In this document: piece by piece, positions 11,487-23,015 of the stretch
Numbering within the stretch: position 1 is the first letter of the stretch
Layout of the letters: the number at the start of each line of letters is the position of its first letter
Assembly: GCA_963825865.1 (NCBI GenBank)
Contig: CAWGVG010000060.1
Coordinates: 128,001-192,000 of the forward strand
Direction: 5' to 3'
Origin: an uncultured Nitrososphaeraceae archaeon
Lineage (GTDB): Archaea > Thermoproteota > Nitrososphaeria > Nitrososphaerales > Nitrososphaeraceae
Length of the DNA stretch: 64,000 nucleotides
Program-made: the position numbers and the translations under genes
The notes under the pieces: generated by a model
What the model saw: the letters and a program-made list of their open reading frames with translations, nothing else
Told to the model about the DNA's origin: nothing
Databases searched by the model: none

Positions 11487-11852
11487 ATGGATTTTACAGG
11501 AATTTGTGAATTTGTCTTCGCATTGCATGAGGACATACGTTATGCAGGCGTGATAGATGACGCGGGAATATTAATTGCAGGAGGCATGCGTAAAGGACTT
11601 GCTTCCATGACAGAAAAGGATAACGATCATCTTTATTTAACACAGACAGCTCTCCGAAAATCAATGAGAGAAAAATTTGATAACACTATGGGCAAAGCAC
11701 GGTTTGCCTATATACAGCGAGAAAAGATTGCGATGCTAACCTTTTACATGGATAGAAACATACTCATAGTATCTATAGAGCCAAATGTTGATTCACATAC
11801 TATCGTGGATATCGCGACGGATACATTAGAACTGTTGGATGGAAAGGGCTGA
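11487..11852 (+). CDS. roadblock/profilin-like small protein (DUF6659-type)
   Basis: IRYAGVIDDAG..IAGGMRKG motif; paralogue at 42173. Confidence 0.75.
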   Translation: MDFTGICEFVFALHEDIRYAGVIDDAGILIAGGMRKGLASMTEKDNDHLYLTQTALRKSMREKFDNTMGKARFAYIQREKIAMLTFYMDRNILIVSIEPNVDSHTIVDIATDTLELLDGKG

Positions 11853-12103
11853 TGCTCATTCCTTTACAGAAAACTAATACAATTAACTTCAAAAAAAGAT
11901 AGCAGTTTTGAAAAGAAAAAACTGGTTTATGTTGCCGCGCCTGAATAAGGATTCTTACTCCAGAAGCTTTGATATTTCATTAACTGGCAATTTTGATTAA
12001 GATATCTAAAAAATTGTGCTTGCGATTGAATATTCCTATCACCAAGACTAATACTCGTCAAGTCTTTACTCATGTAAACGAAAATTAAAGCTTACTTCTA
12101 TTC

Positions 12104-12337
12104 TTGGTAAAGTTGATAGGTATGACCCATGTAGATTCTATGACGAGATTGGTCAATTCTAGGAAAATGAAATTGGAAATTGAAATCGAAGTTGATATAC
12201 CACTTGATATTATGGAGGATAAAAAAAGAATGAAGGCTGTGGAGGATGGTCTAGGACGAAGTATTTCCAAAGGTCTATACGAACAAGGAGTCTCATTCAA
12301 GATAAATAAAATCCATTCTGAAAGTCGTGACATATAG
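12104..12337 (+). CDS. small hypothetical protein
   Basis: MKLEIEIEVDIPLDI...GLYEQGVSFKI; likely start at the internal Met. Confidence 0.6.
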   Translation: MVKLIGMTHVDSMTRLVNSRKMKLEIEIEVDIPLDIMEDKKRMKAVEDGLGRSISKGLYEQGVSFKINKIHSESRDI

Positions 12338-13012
12338 TTATCTCATTTCCTTTACTCGATAGTTGAGGAACAAATGTTTTTCAAACAATTGATCTACTTA
12401 TGATGACCTGGACCTGTCTAATTTCAAATCAAATAATCCATTTTCATGAAAACAATTGCTTAACTAAGAATTTGGCAAGATTACACGATAATCTTGGTAT
12501 GAATTTAACCCTTCATATAATCTGGTAAGGCAATGGATTTTAGTTTGTTCTCGTGCATCTCACTTTACTTTATAAATTCTTAAGTTACTTGGTCAAGCAA
12601 GAAGAATTTACGATAACGAATTCAAGAAATTAGGTAAAAATTTCGTAAATTTAACCATGTCTATAATGGCAATTAGTAGTCAGTACTCTGGATTGAAAGG
12701 CTCTTGCAAACTATAATAATTAATTTTCGAAAAGCGTGCAGCCCTTCCAATCCTTCTTTTTATCAATTTGCTTATATCTGAATTCAGCTAGACTTTCACC
12801 TCATAGCTCCACCAAAGATATTGAAGTAATATTCTTTCGTATAATATATAAAGTATAACTTGGCGCTATCAACAAGTGATAATATGAACCTATAATTATG
12901 TCTAAGACATTAAATTTAAAAGACAATCGGATTCTTGTTTTAACATAAACGATACTGGTAATGGAATAGATTCGAAACTACATTACTCTGTAATAAGCAA
13001 AGTAATGGAATT

Positions 13013-13644
13013 TTGAAAGATGGCCAGTATTGTATTTTGAATGACAGAACTGATCTTGTTTCTAGTCCACCGCCAGAATATTCGATATCGCTGTCACCTG
13101 CTTCTTTAACTGGCATGCGGCCAGGTGATGAAAAGAATGTTGAAGTTCAAGTAAAATCAAATTCAACTCTTCCTTTCGATCTGACTCTTTCTGCAATAGA
13201 GAAAGATCTTGAACTAACATTTAACCCAAATAAGACAGCTGGAGTTCCTGGCGGAATAACTACTTCAAATCTTCATATCAAGGTTCAACCTGATGCAACG
13301 GTAGAAAAACAGCATACCTTTCCTATAAATGCTGATATCAATCTCAGACCAACTTTCAATCCTACTAATGCATCCGTTGCTAATATAACGAAGATTTCAG
13401 ATTTTACAGTAAATGTAGCCCCTCCTTTAGATTGGAAACAGCAAATTAACGAAGCATGGAGTGGTTTGGATCTGCTATAAATGGATTTATAGGATTGATG
13501 GCTGCAATTATTGGTATTAGTGGGATCATAGGGGGATTCTTTTTAAGAAAATTAAAGAAAGAAAAAGATGAGTCGGTAATATTGTTGCCTCTCGTCCAGC
13601 CTATTGCTATAAGAGTCATACCATTTTTACAATTTACTAGATGA
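13013..13644 (+). pseudogene. fragment of Ig-like-domain surface protein with C-terminal TM anchor (5'-truncated, frameshifted)
   Basis: beta-rich 155-aa ORF without signal peptide, continuing in another frame into a TM helix plus basic tail; 3' end overlaps the integrase remnant. Confidence 0.5.
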
Positions 13645-14120
13645 AGTTCTTACAATCGCAACCGTATCCATCTGTACAAACCAGTTTTTCCTTTATGTAC
13701 AGTAACTCTGCTCTCTAAGTCCAGTCACTAGTCCTAGTCTGGATATAAAACCGATCTCCCCGGGTAGCTCGAAAATTATCTGCACTTTCTCTTCTACAAA
13801 TTGTGGACTGACAAGGTATATGCGATCTTTCATATCGAGATCTCTATTGAGATCATATCTTTCGATAATCTCCCTGATTAACTGAATGACTTCTCTATTG
13901 TTATATTTCCTATAATAATAATCACCAAGCCTTTTTATCGCTTGGAGGATCCAAGATCTTTTGTGTGGGGCCAGTTTTAGCAACTGAACATCTGGGTTTG
14001 TATTAAAAAAAATTGTAGCATATTTATCAAAATAATTTACATAAGATTTTGCCGTATGATCAGAATATCTTTCTTTTAGATACTTGAGGAAATCAGTAGG
14101 AATAGCAAAAAGGATCAGTA
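13575..14120 (-). pseudogene. tyrosine recombinase/integrase remnant
   Basis: open frame IPTDFLKYLKERYSDHTAKSY...LGLVTGLREQ(E) (catalytic Arg box), frameshift, then LVCTDGYGCDCK...IGWTRGN; C-terminal catalytic part missing. Confidence 0.65.
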
Positions 14121-14170
14121 GTTTTCAAATATAATCATCAAACAGGCAATTTAAGGGGTCAATTAGCAGC

Positions 14171-14797
14171 CTATACTTTTTGTATTCGGGATGCATATCT
14201 ATTAAGATAGCCGGTCATCTCACTTTTTCCAACTACAAAACGCCAGTCTTTATCCAATCCATGGCTTATCCCTATTCTCCCGGTCGCAACTGTGTCAAAG
14301 ACATCAAGTCCAAATTCTATATGCAATTTACTTTTTGTATCCGTCATATCTTCTTCATTGAGAGCTTTGGTAATATTCAATGCCTGGGTAATTTTCCCAG
14401 GACCAGAAGTCAAAGATAACGGGTCATCTGTTTTACGAAAACGCTTCATCAGGTCAATGCCTTCTAAAGGCTGTAATGCTCTTATGAGAACAGCACCCGC
14501 TTTGATTCCAGCTGATCTTGCTGATACATTTACACAAAAATGGCTTCCATATGTATAGTAGATATATGCTCGGCCTACACCACCGAACATTGCACTATTT
14601 CTCGAACTTTCACCTCTATAGGCATGACTTGCTGGATCGTCTTTGAAGCCATATGCCTCTGTTTCAACAATTACACCAGATATTCGAGTCAGTTGACCCA
14701 TTGTATTAACAATTAGACGGACTAAGGTTTTTCCTAGTAATTTTTTAGCAACGATTTCAGTTGACCTAGAATAAAACGAAGAATCTGGACTGCTCAA
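14171..14797 (-). CDS. mpg: DNA-3-methyladenine glycosylase (AAG/MPG family)
   Basis: IVETEAY, DPASHAY, YIYYTYGSHFCVN, AVLIRALQP, SGPGK, RIGIS. Confidence 0.93.
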   Translation of the reverse strand: MSSPDSSFYSRSTEIVAKKLLGKTLVRLIVNTMGQLTRISGVIVETEAYGFKDDPASHAYRGESSRNSAMFGGVGRAYIYYTYGSHFCVNVSARSAGIKAGAVLIRALQPLEGIDLMKRFRKTDDPLSLTSGPGKITQALNITKALNEEDMTDTKSKLHIEFGLDVFDTVATGRIGISHGLDKDWRFVVGKSEMTGYLNRYASRIQKV

Positions 14798-14932
14798 AGG
14801 TAAACTCGCAATTTAAGAAATATATAACAAAGTTTTTAATATAAAAGGTTTTTAAAAGATAATAAGATTCTTTTAACTTATCAATTTTTAATCCTCCGTA
14901 TTGTGATTAGAAGACTAACACAGTTTGGTTAA

Positions 14933-15280
14933 TCATTGCTTGTATGAACTATTGTTGTTATTAATTGTGTTTTTTGCTTCGTTTCTGATTCTATTGTATT
15001 GGTCCATTCTTCCATCATGACAGGCATCCAATTTATTATTATTACTTTCACAGACTTTGTTTATTCCATCTCTTAACCGGGGGTCATCACAAGCCGGTAT
15101 TCCATTTGGCAGAGACCTAATACAAATATCAAGAATTCGATTGATTTTATCATTAGCCTCAGCCTGATTTATAGGAGGAGACGGAGCAGGAGATCTCGTG
15201 TAAAATGATATGGCGCTAACCAGAACAGACAACAGAAGAACTGCCATTAGTCCTATCACCAGTACCTTTTTAGCGGCCAT
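14933..15280 (-). CDS. small secreted/membrane-anchored Cys-containing protein
   Basis: N-terminal hydrophobic helix, Pro linker, four Cys. Confidence 0.7.
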   Translation of the reverse strand: MAAKKVLVIGLMAVLLLSVLVSAISFYTRSPAPSPPINQAEANDKINRILDICIRSLPNGIPACDDPRLRDGINKVCESNNNKLDACHDGRMDQYNRIRNEAKNTINNNNSSYKQ

Positions 15281-15478
15281 ACTCTACATGTCATATTTCA
15301 TTTTATGGTTATTTAGGCATTGTTAAGTGATGTCTTAAGTCCTTTGCGGTTTTGAGATTAATTGAAGGACCACATATATCCGTTCATTCATTATTTTATT
15401 GAATAGAACAAGGAAGTTAAAAACAATAACAAAAATAAAGGGAATTCAGGGAGTATTAGGAAATGAAGTGGCTATTTT

Positions 15479-16145
15479 CTAATATTTAGGATTAAATAGT
15501 TGACCTGTATTTGAAGCTTGGTTATCTGAGTTGCTACCTGTATTTGAAGCTTGGTTATTGAAGTTCCCGTAGAAGGTTTGGTCATAACAGATGTCAACTA
15601 TGCTTCTAGATAATCCGTCGGGTCCTTTTTGCTGCTTTAGATATACAACTTTGTAGTTTTGCTAAGTCTTTGTTAGAACCTCCTGTCTTGCTTGTGCTAG
15701 ATCCCTGGTCATGGTTTGCTAATATGTCTTTGTTAGAACCTCCTGTCTTGCTTGTGCTAGATCCCTGGTCGCTGTTTGCTAATATGTCTTTGTTAGAACC
15801 TCCTGTCTTGCTTGTGCTAGATCCCTGGTCGCTGTTTGCTAATAAATGCGAGTGCTTGGCAGATCCTGCTGTATTACTCGAATACGACCCTTGGTCATGG
15901 TTTGCTACTTGGTCATTGTTAGACCGGCTGGTCTTGTGCGGCATGTTGTAGTCAGCAGGCAACGATGAAGTTCCTGGAACGCCTGATGTGCTACTACTAC
16001 TGCTACTACGAGGAGTTGCTTGATCCTGGCCTATGAAGCTCTTGCTCGTCTTAGCAGCTAAAGCTGTGGCGGCAAAACTACCTGCTGTTACAAGCGCGAA
16101 CGCTGCAACAACGGCAATGATTGCCAAATTTGTTTTTGTACTCAT
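15479..16145 (-). CDS. secreted Ser/Gly/Asn-rich repeat protein (frameshift in T-run near 15628)
   Basis: signal peptide MSTKTNLAIIAVVAAFALVTAG; 20-aa repeats; restored frame gives SCISKAAKGPDGLSRSIVDICYDQ...FNPKY stop. Confidence 0.7.
15666..15843. repeat. intragenic 60-bp tandem repeat, 3 copies
   Basis: lines 15661/15721/15781 nearly identical; encodes AN(S/H)DQGSSTSKTGGSNKDIL. Confidence 0.95.
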
Positions 16146-16449
16146 TGCATCTGTCGCAACGATATATTTTATATGAGGTCCGTTCAACAGTATCATAACT
16201 AATTGTAAAGTTATTTTATACCGGATTTTTTAGCATCAAATATATCATTAGATAATGTTATCCATATTATATTTAATATATCTATAGCTTTCAAGAGCGA
16301 TGGTTGAATAGCATGATTTCAACATACAATCTTATAGAGATTTCTTATAAGCAAACTCCGAAGACTCGCGTTAATGTTGCTATTTCTTGTTGGGATTTCG
16401 GGATTTTAATATACTAGATCATACTAAAGAATTTGATACTAAGGTGCGA

Positions 16450-17310
16450 AATGGTTTACATTAGAAGTAAGAAAGTAAAAGGTATTGATTATGCCTATTT
16501 AGTTAAGAGCGTATGGGATAAAAGAAAGAATACCTCAAGTCAGCAAACAATAAAGTATCTTGGAAAAGCATCAGATATAAAATTCAACGATATTCCAAAA
16601 GAGTACAGTAAGGACCCAAAGATCCTTGCATTCATTTCTTCTTACTCTGGAGACCGACTAGAGAGGGAATTACTTATAACGAGAATTCAGGAAGAAATCT
16701 TTAAATTGTTAGTCGAATGCGATGTAAAAGGATTAGTTAGAATCTATGAGAAATATCGAAGTTTGATTGAACTTAGCTCTTTTTATGATGACCTTCTAAA
16801 ACCTGTGATGCATAATATTGGAAACCTTTGGGTACAAGGCAAACTTGACGTTGCAACGGAACATGTGTGCAGCAATGCAACAAATAATCTTATAAAGTTA
16901 ATTAATGAAAAGACAAATAAGGCGAAACTTAACTTCAAATACAAGATCCTTATCTGCACACCAGAAGGTGAATTACATAATATAGCCTGTAATATGATTG
17001 AATCGCTGCTTCTCAGTAAGGGCTTTAAAATCTATAATATCTCTCCATCAGTACCTTTGGACTCTATCGTGGGCTATGTAAAGAACATTGATCCAGATAT
17101 AATTCTGATTTCTGTAACTCTTGAGGAAAATATAATGGCAGTTAAAAGGCTGATTAATCAGATCAGATCGAAATTTTCCATTCCTGTAGTTGTCGGCGGT
17201 GAAGCTGTAAATCAACTACTTGTCGGGCAGCAAGATAGATGTCATAATAATGCAAGATGGATCGCTTAGCGAGTTGGTGAAGCTAATAAATTCAGCATTT
17301 AGCACTAGAT
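16450..17310 (+). CDS. cobalamin-binding domain protein with CarH-type W-x9-EH motif (probable 3' frameshift)
   Basis: IGNLWVQGKLDVATEH, PEGELHNIA, ISVT, VVVGG; basic beta-rich N-terminus. Confidence 0.85.
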
Positions 17311-17480
17311 AGCACTATATTGAATATTTAGTCACTATATTAATAATAGTGATAAAATCAATTATGCAAAAGAAAGAATGAGACGACTTTATCGTCTTGC
17401 AGCTCGGACATACTTTCAAGGTTATTAGAGCTTGATTGTAATGGTTTTCATGATAACCATTACTTTAATATAGAAAATCA

Positions 17481-18668
17481 ATGAAATATGCATTATCACA
17501 GATGGATGCAAGAAATATCGGTTTGAGGAACATAGAAATCGCTGATACAAAGATTAGCTCTATTGATGGCGAAAACGGTAAACTGATTTATCGCGGTTAT
17601 GATATTTTAGATCTAGTTAACCATTCTACGTTTGAAGAGACAGCTTATCTTTTGTTATTTGGAGATCTTCCAAGTGCAGAAGAATTATCCGATTTCTCCT
17701 GTAGATTAAGAGAAGAACGTCATCTCCCTGAACCGATACTATGGAATTTAAAAAACCGGCCTAATAACGCACGTCCTATGGATGTGCTTCAATCATGTGT
17801 GTCTGAGCTAGCACATTATGATTTCAATATAGGAGAAGACACAAGAGAAGCCAATATTAGAAGATCAATTATTCTTATATCGAAGATTCCTACGATTGTA
17901 GCAGCGTGGGATAGGATTCGAAATGGACAGAATGTTATAGATTCTACTGAGAAAGACTCTCATGCAACTAACTTTCTCCATATGCTTCGAGGAAGAAAAC
18001 CCACACAGGAAGAAGCAAAAGTATTTGATATTTGTCTCATATTACATGCTGAACACAGTTTTAATGCGTCGACATTTGCTGCGAGAGAGATTGCATCAAC
18101 TAGAGCCCACATATATGCTTCTATTGGCGGTGCTGTAGGTGCATTATCAGGTGAATTACATGGGGGAGCAAACATCGAAGTAATGAAGATGCTCCTAGAA
18201 ATTAATGATCTAGCTAATGCCGAAAAATGGGTTGCAAATACGTTACGAGAAGGCGGGAGAATTATGGGTATGGGCCATGCTGTGTACAAAACCACTGATC
18301 CGCGGGCGGATATACTTTCAAGATTATCAAGAGCTATGTCAAAAGAAAAAGGTACAAAGTGGTTTGAAATCACAGAATCTGTTGAAAATTCTACTAAAAA
18401 ATATATGCTCGAAAATAAAAAACAGCAAATTTATCCTAATGTCGATCTTTATAGTGCTTCACTTTATTATAGCATGAATATTCCAATGGATCTGAACACT
18501 CCAATCTTTGCTGTTTCAAGAATTGCAGGTTGGTGTTCCCATGTGGTTGAAGAGAAGTTCGCGGAAGCAGCTCCTAAGCCAGCGCTTTATCGTCCAAACG
18601 CTGTATATGTAGGAAAGTATTGTGGTCCAATGGGTTGTGAATATACTCCTATTAAGAAAAGGCAGTGA
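17481..18668 (+). CDS. gltA: citrate synthase
   Basis: HAEHSFNASTF, GELHGGAN, GMGHAVYKTTDPR, YPNVDLY. Confidence 0.95.
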   Translation: MKYALSQMDARNIGLRNIEIADTKISSIDGENGKLIYRGYDILDLVNHSTFEETAYLLLFGDLPSAEELSDFSCRLREERHLPEPILWNLKNRPNNARPMDVLQSCVSELAHYDFNIGEDTREANIRRSIILISKIPTIVAAWDRIRNGQNVIDSTEKDSHATNFLHMLRGRKPTQEEAKVFDICLILHAEHSFNASTFAAREIASTRAHIYASIGGAVGALSGELHGGANIEVMKMLLEINDLANAEKWVANTLREGGRIMGMGHAVYKTTDPRADILSRLSRAMSKEKGTKWFEITESVENSTKKYMLENKKQQIYPNVDLYSASLYYSMNIPMDLNTPIFAVSRIAGWCSHVVEEKFAEAAPKPALYRPNAVYVGKYCGPMGCEYTPIKKRQ

Positions 18669-18842
18669 CAATACAATTAGAACGTACTTGTAGTTTCCTA
18701 ACATTATAAGAGTAACAATGCGACTGACTTTTGCCTTAATTTACCAAGGATTTCTTTTTATGCTCAAAATTGAAGCCGATTTATAGATAACTAGTAGGAA
18801 GAAAGCAAAGGGCGCAAAATCTATCCTCAATGCTTATTCTTA

Positions 18843-20129
18843 TCATGACTTACTAGAAGTGGGGGGCTGAGTTGCTTTCCCCTGTCCTCTGTACCTAAAT
18901 TTATCGAGTTTTATTAATGCATGGTAGGAGCCAAATTGTGCAGGGTCCGCCTTATCCAATTCAGTTTCACCTTCCGCCTTTTCTATCCCATATACTTTTA
19001 TCAATTTATACGTAGTTGAGCGCTGGGCAGGTATCCTGCCAGATGATCTAATGATTGAGTGTATTTGCTTCGGCTTCATTAGCTGTCCGTGCTGTGCACC
19101 AGCAGATGTAGATATACTCTCATTAATTAAAGTACCTCCAAAGTCATTCGCACCGGCCCCCAGTAAAAGTTGGGACATTCTTGCTCCTTCCTTGACCCAT
19201 GAAATTTGAATGTTATTGATGTGTCGATTTAGCATGATCCGCGATACTGCGTGCATTTTTATTACCTCATTGCCCTCGGGGCCAGGTCGAGTACCGGATA
19301 TAGTGTTATGACCGTACATTGGTGCCTCACTATGCACAAAACTCAGGGGTACAAATTCAGTAAAGCCATGAGTTTCCTTCTGTATGTTTCTTATCAGCTC
19401 TAAATGTTTTGCTTTGTGTAGAGACGTTTCGATATGTCCATACATTATTGTGGAGGAAGTTGGAATTCCCATAGAATGTGCAAGTTGAATTATCTTAATC
19501 CAATCTTTTACTGTAATTCTGCCCGGAGATATTATATCCCTCATTCTCTGATCTAAAATTTCAGCTGCTGTTCCAGGAAGACTTCCGATACCGGCCTCTT
19601 TTAACATTCTCAAATATTCTTCGACTGTGACTTGAGATGCGGTAGCTCCGTAAAGGATTTCTTCAGGTGAAAAGGCATGAATATGGATATCAGGTAATTC
19701 TTTCCTCACAGCGTTACAAATATCAATATATAGATGACCGTCCATCTTTGGAGGCAACCCAGCTTGAATGCAAATTTCTGTGGCTCCTAGTTTCTGGGCC
19801 TCTCTTGCTCTTCGTACAATTTCTTCTGTAGGTAGAAAATATCCCTCTTCTTCTCGAAAATCTCTGCTAAAAGCACAAAAGCCACAACGTTTGATACAAA
19901 CATTAGTGAAATTGATGTTTCTGTTAATAACATATGTTACATTTTCTCCGACGGTCCGTCTACGCAATTCATCTGCAACGAGTACAAGCATATTCATTTC
20001 CATTCCGTTTGAATCTAATAGATCTATTGCGTGAGCCACCGAAACATCCTTGTTACTCAATGCACGATCCAATGCTGATGAAACTACGGGATCAATCTTT
20101 TTTAAAAAAGAGTCAAGAGCCAGAGTCAT
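18843..20129 (-). CDS. cofH: FO synthase subunit CofH
   Basis: radical SAM CIKRCGFC, NRNINFTN, PGTAAEIL, GANDFGGTL; downstream of cofG. Confidence 0.92.
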   Translation of the reverse strand: MTLALDSFLKKIDPVVSSALDRALSNKDVSVAHAIDLLDSNGMEMNMLVLVADELRRRTVGENVTYVINRNINFTNVCIKRCGFCAFSRDFREEEGYFLPTEEIVRRAREAQKLGATEICIQAGLPPKMDGHLYIDICNAVRKELPDIHIHAFSPEEILYGATASQVTVEEYLRMLKEAGIGSLPGTAAEILDQRMRDIISPGRITVKDWIKIIQLAHSMGIPTSSTIMYGHIETSLHKAKHLELIRNIQKETHGFTEFVPLSFVHSEAPMYGHNTISGTRPGPEGNEVIKMHAVSRIMLNRHINNIQISWVKEGARMSQLLLGAGANDFGGTLINESISTSAGAQHGQLMKPKQIHSIIRSSGRIPAQRSTTYKLIKVYGIEKAEGETELDKADPAQFGSYHALIKLDKFRYRGQGKATQPPTSSKS

Positions 20130-21319
20130 TTTAGATAATCCTCTCTAATGAGTCCGGCATTATCTGAAAGCAAGTCTATATAACTTCTTAGTTTATCTGG
20201 TATAAACTCATCATCTTTGTCAAGAAACTCTGGATAAACAGGCAGACGTGCTCTTAAGTTGTAGCCTCTACTATTGGTAACACGTTTTATAAATTCTATA
20301 GATGGCCATGGAGATTCTGGATTGACATGATCGATAGTAATTGGAGAGACACCACCCCAATCATTAATACCGGCATCGATGTATTTTCCAAAATTCTCCG
20401 AATTGAGGTTTGGAGGGACTTGAATATTCATTTCTGGTATAATAATTCTAGCAAGCGCTATACTTTTAAAAAAATAGTCGTATGAAGCAGGCAATGATTT
20501 TGCCATTCCAGTCCCTGGCTTTGGTACAAAGTTTTGCATTATTATTTCTTGAATGTGACCGTACTTGTGATGGATTTCTTTAATCACATACAGAGCGTCA
20601 ATTAGCTCTTCTGGGCTTTCGCCTATTCCGACCAGTAGCCCCGTTGTTATGGGTATTTTAAGTTGTCCAGCATCCTCGAGTGTCTTTATTCTAACCTTAG
20701 GGTTTTTACTTGGTGCCATTTCATGCGGCATACCTTTCTCTATCAATCGTTCGCTCGAAGATTCTAGCATCATTCCTAAACTAACGTTAGTATCCTTTAA
20801 AATTGACATTTCTTTTTTTGTCAAGCTACCTGCATTCGTATGGGGAAGTAAACCAGTTTTTCGAAGCACCAAATCGCTCATTTCTCTTATATATTCCACA
20901 GTCGAAGAATGTCCAACGGACCTTAGCCATTCTCTCGCTTCCGGATATCTCTGCTCCGGCCTTTCTCCGGTTACAAATAATACCTCTGTACATCGAAACT
21001 TTTTGCCTGTCTCTGCAATTGCTAGGACTTGGGATGGTGTAATCATAGACGCTAATTTATCAGTTGGTTCCTTTTTATAAGTGCAATAAGAGCATGTATC
21101 CCGGCAAAGGTTAACGAGGTTTATGAATACTTTGCGAGAATATGTGAACGAACCAACTTTAATTTTATTTCTAATATTTCTTGCAATAGAGGAAATTAAC
21201 TTGTTCTCCTGGGAATCGGAATTAATTAAGTGGCGTGCATCGGTTTTAGAAATCGTTTTTCCTTCCAGTGTTTTATCTAAGATCTCCTGAAGAATTGTAT
21301 TTCTTTGCCCAGCCAGCAT
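20126..21319 (-). CDS. cofG: FO synthase subunit CofG
   Basis: CRDTCSYC, LPHTNAG, IQVPPNL, GINDWGGVSPITIDHVNPE. Confidence 0.93.
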   Translation of the reverse strand: MLAGQRNTILQEILDKTLEGKTISKTDARHLINSDSQENKLISSIARNIRNKIKVGSFTYSRKVFINLVNLCRDTCSYCTYKKEPTDKLASMITPSQVLAIAETGKKFRCTEVLFVTGERPEQRYPEAREWLRSVGHSSTVEYIREMSDLVLRKTGLLPHTNAGSLTKKEMSILKDTNVSLGMMLESSSERLIEKGMPHEMAPSKNPKVRIKTLEDAGQLKIPITTGLLVGIGESPEELIDALYVIKEIHHKYGHIQEIIMQNFVPKPGTGMAKSLPASYDYFFKSIALARIIIPEMNIQVPPNLNSENFGKYIDAGINDWGGVSPITIDHVNPESPWPSIEFIKRVTNSRGYNLRARLPVYPEFLDKDDEFIPDKLRSYIDLLSDNAGLIREDYLK

Positions 21320-21500
21320 ATCAAAATCTTTATTCCTATAGATTAGACATATCCATTATTAATAAACAATTAGAAGTTTCATGCTAAAGGGAGTTGAAAT
21401 TATGAGAATGATTAAATGTGTTCTTATGTCTCGGGGGATTTACAATAGTTAATGTAACATGCTAAATCTATAGTTGAGTTCAGAAAACATTAGCATTTCT

Positions 21501-22704
21501 CTAATCGAAAGGATGCTGGATTTCGTCAATCGTATATTGTCTGCCTCGCCAACTTACAGCGCCTCTCTTTTTTGCATCGACAATCGAAGAAATAAAACAA
21601 ATAGAAATGACTGCCCCTCCTAGAGGAGAAGCGAGTGCATATAATGGATTTTGGAACATTCCAAATTTTGACTGTATTATATTGGCTATAAATATAACAA
21701 TTATCGTCGCGAAATTGATATCCATTAGAATGTGAGTGACCAAATGATTTATAGCACGATACATTAATAACGAATATGGTAATAAAACAAAAGGTTCAAA
21801 CAACAAGAAAAATACTGCAACTGCCATAAGAGAAGCTCTGATCCTATTTTGACTATAAATAGAGACCATCAATCTACGAAGTCCGTCCCAAAGCGTCTTG
21901 AAATCTCTAGCCCAGATTGCATCTATGTGACGTTCGCCACGAACCATTTTCATTCTGAATTTTCCCTCCTTTACTCTGCTTCCTAAGGCACCATCCTCGA
22001 CAAGTTCATGCTTCACTATTTTGTGTGTTCCGACAGTTTCATAGGGTACTTCTAGTTATTATAAAAAAACTACCAAAAAAATAACCAGTTTTCGTTTTTG
22101 GATCGTTGACTCGTAAGGCAGAAAACCGACTATGCAAAAAATTGGAAAGAACTGGTAACGTAATTTTCGTCCAAATATCTTGACATAAAAGTTTAGGTAT
22201 TGCAGTAAGCGCGTCTAGATTTTGTTCTAATAAATTTGCAATGGCCAGAGACATAGTTGAGGGTGAATGAACGGTATCTGCATCTGTAAAGAGAAAGACA
22301 TCTCCAGTTGCTTTCAGATATCCTTGATAGCATGCCCAGTTCTTTCCTGCCCATCCATCTGGTTTGGGCTTTGAATCAACAACAACTAATGTACCCTGTG
22401 TTGCATATTGATACATTATATCGATGGTTCGATCGGTTGATGAATCGTTGATCGCAATAATTTCGAAATTCTGATAATCCTGATTCAGTAAACTATCAAG
22501 ACATTTTGCGATGTATTTTTCTTCATTGCGTGCAGGAAGAATCACGCTAACTTTTGGAATTTTCGATATGGGAGATTTAGTGATAGGTTCTAACATCGGA
22601 GATTGTTTTAAAGACTTAATCATATATCCAATAAAATAAATCCATGTACCAAAGATTCCAAACATTATTGCAGCCAATATTCCATTGATTATTATAATTT
22701 CCAT
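21501..22704 (-). CDS. membrane glycosyltransferase family 2 (frameshift near 22040)
   Basis: [33 protein letters not shown]-terminal TMs and VSWRGRQY. Confidence 0.88.
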
Positions 22705-23015
22705 AGGCTAAAGCTCTTGCTGAACAAATATAGATTATGCTGCCTAATTTCAATGCTATTAAACTATTAGAGTGCATCCGACTATAACGATAGTTTATTT
22801 CACAATACCCATTATAATTGGGGTATATGTAGACAATCCTGGTTATCCATGATGAAAAAGCAGCGCGTTAATATCTGTTAAATCAAAATATATTATTCAA
22901 ATTTATTCCAATCTAATGGATTATTTTTAGAACTGTTCTCGTATTAAGAATGTGTATTCTAATTTCATATTATAGAAATGAAATCGTTAAAAATGCTTGT
23001 TCATACGTTATTGCA

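Noticed and set aside
15666-15843. Possible CRISPR array
   Set aside because: 60-bp in-frame coding repeats with no unique spacers.
18843-21319. cofGH as a novelty
   Set aside because: F420/FO biosynthesis genes are already known in this archaeal lineage.
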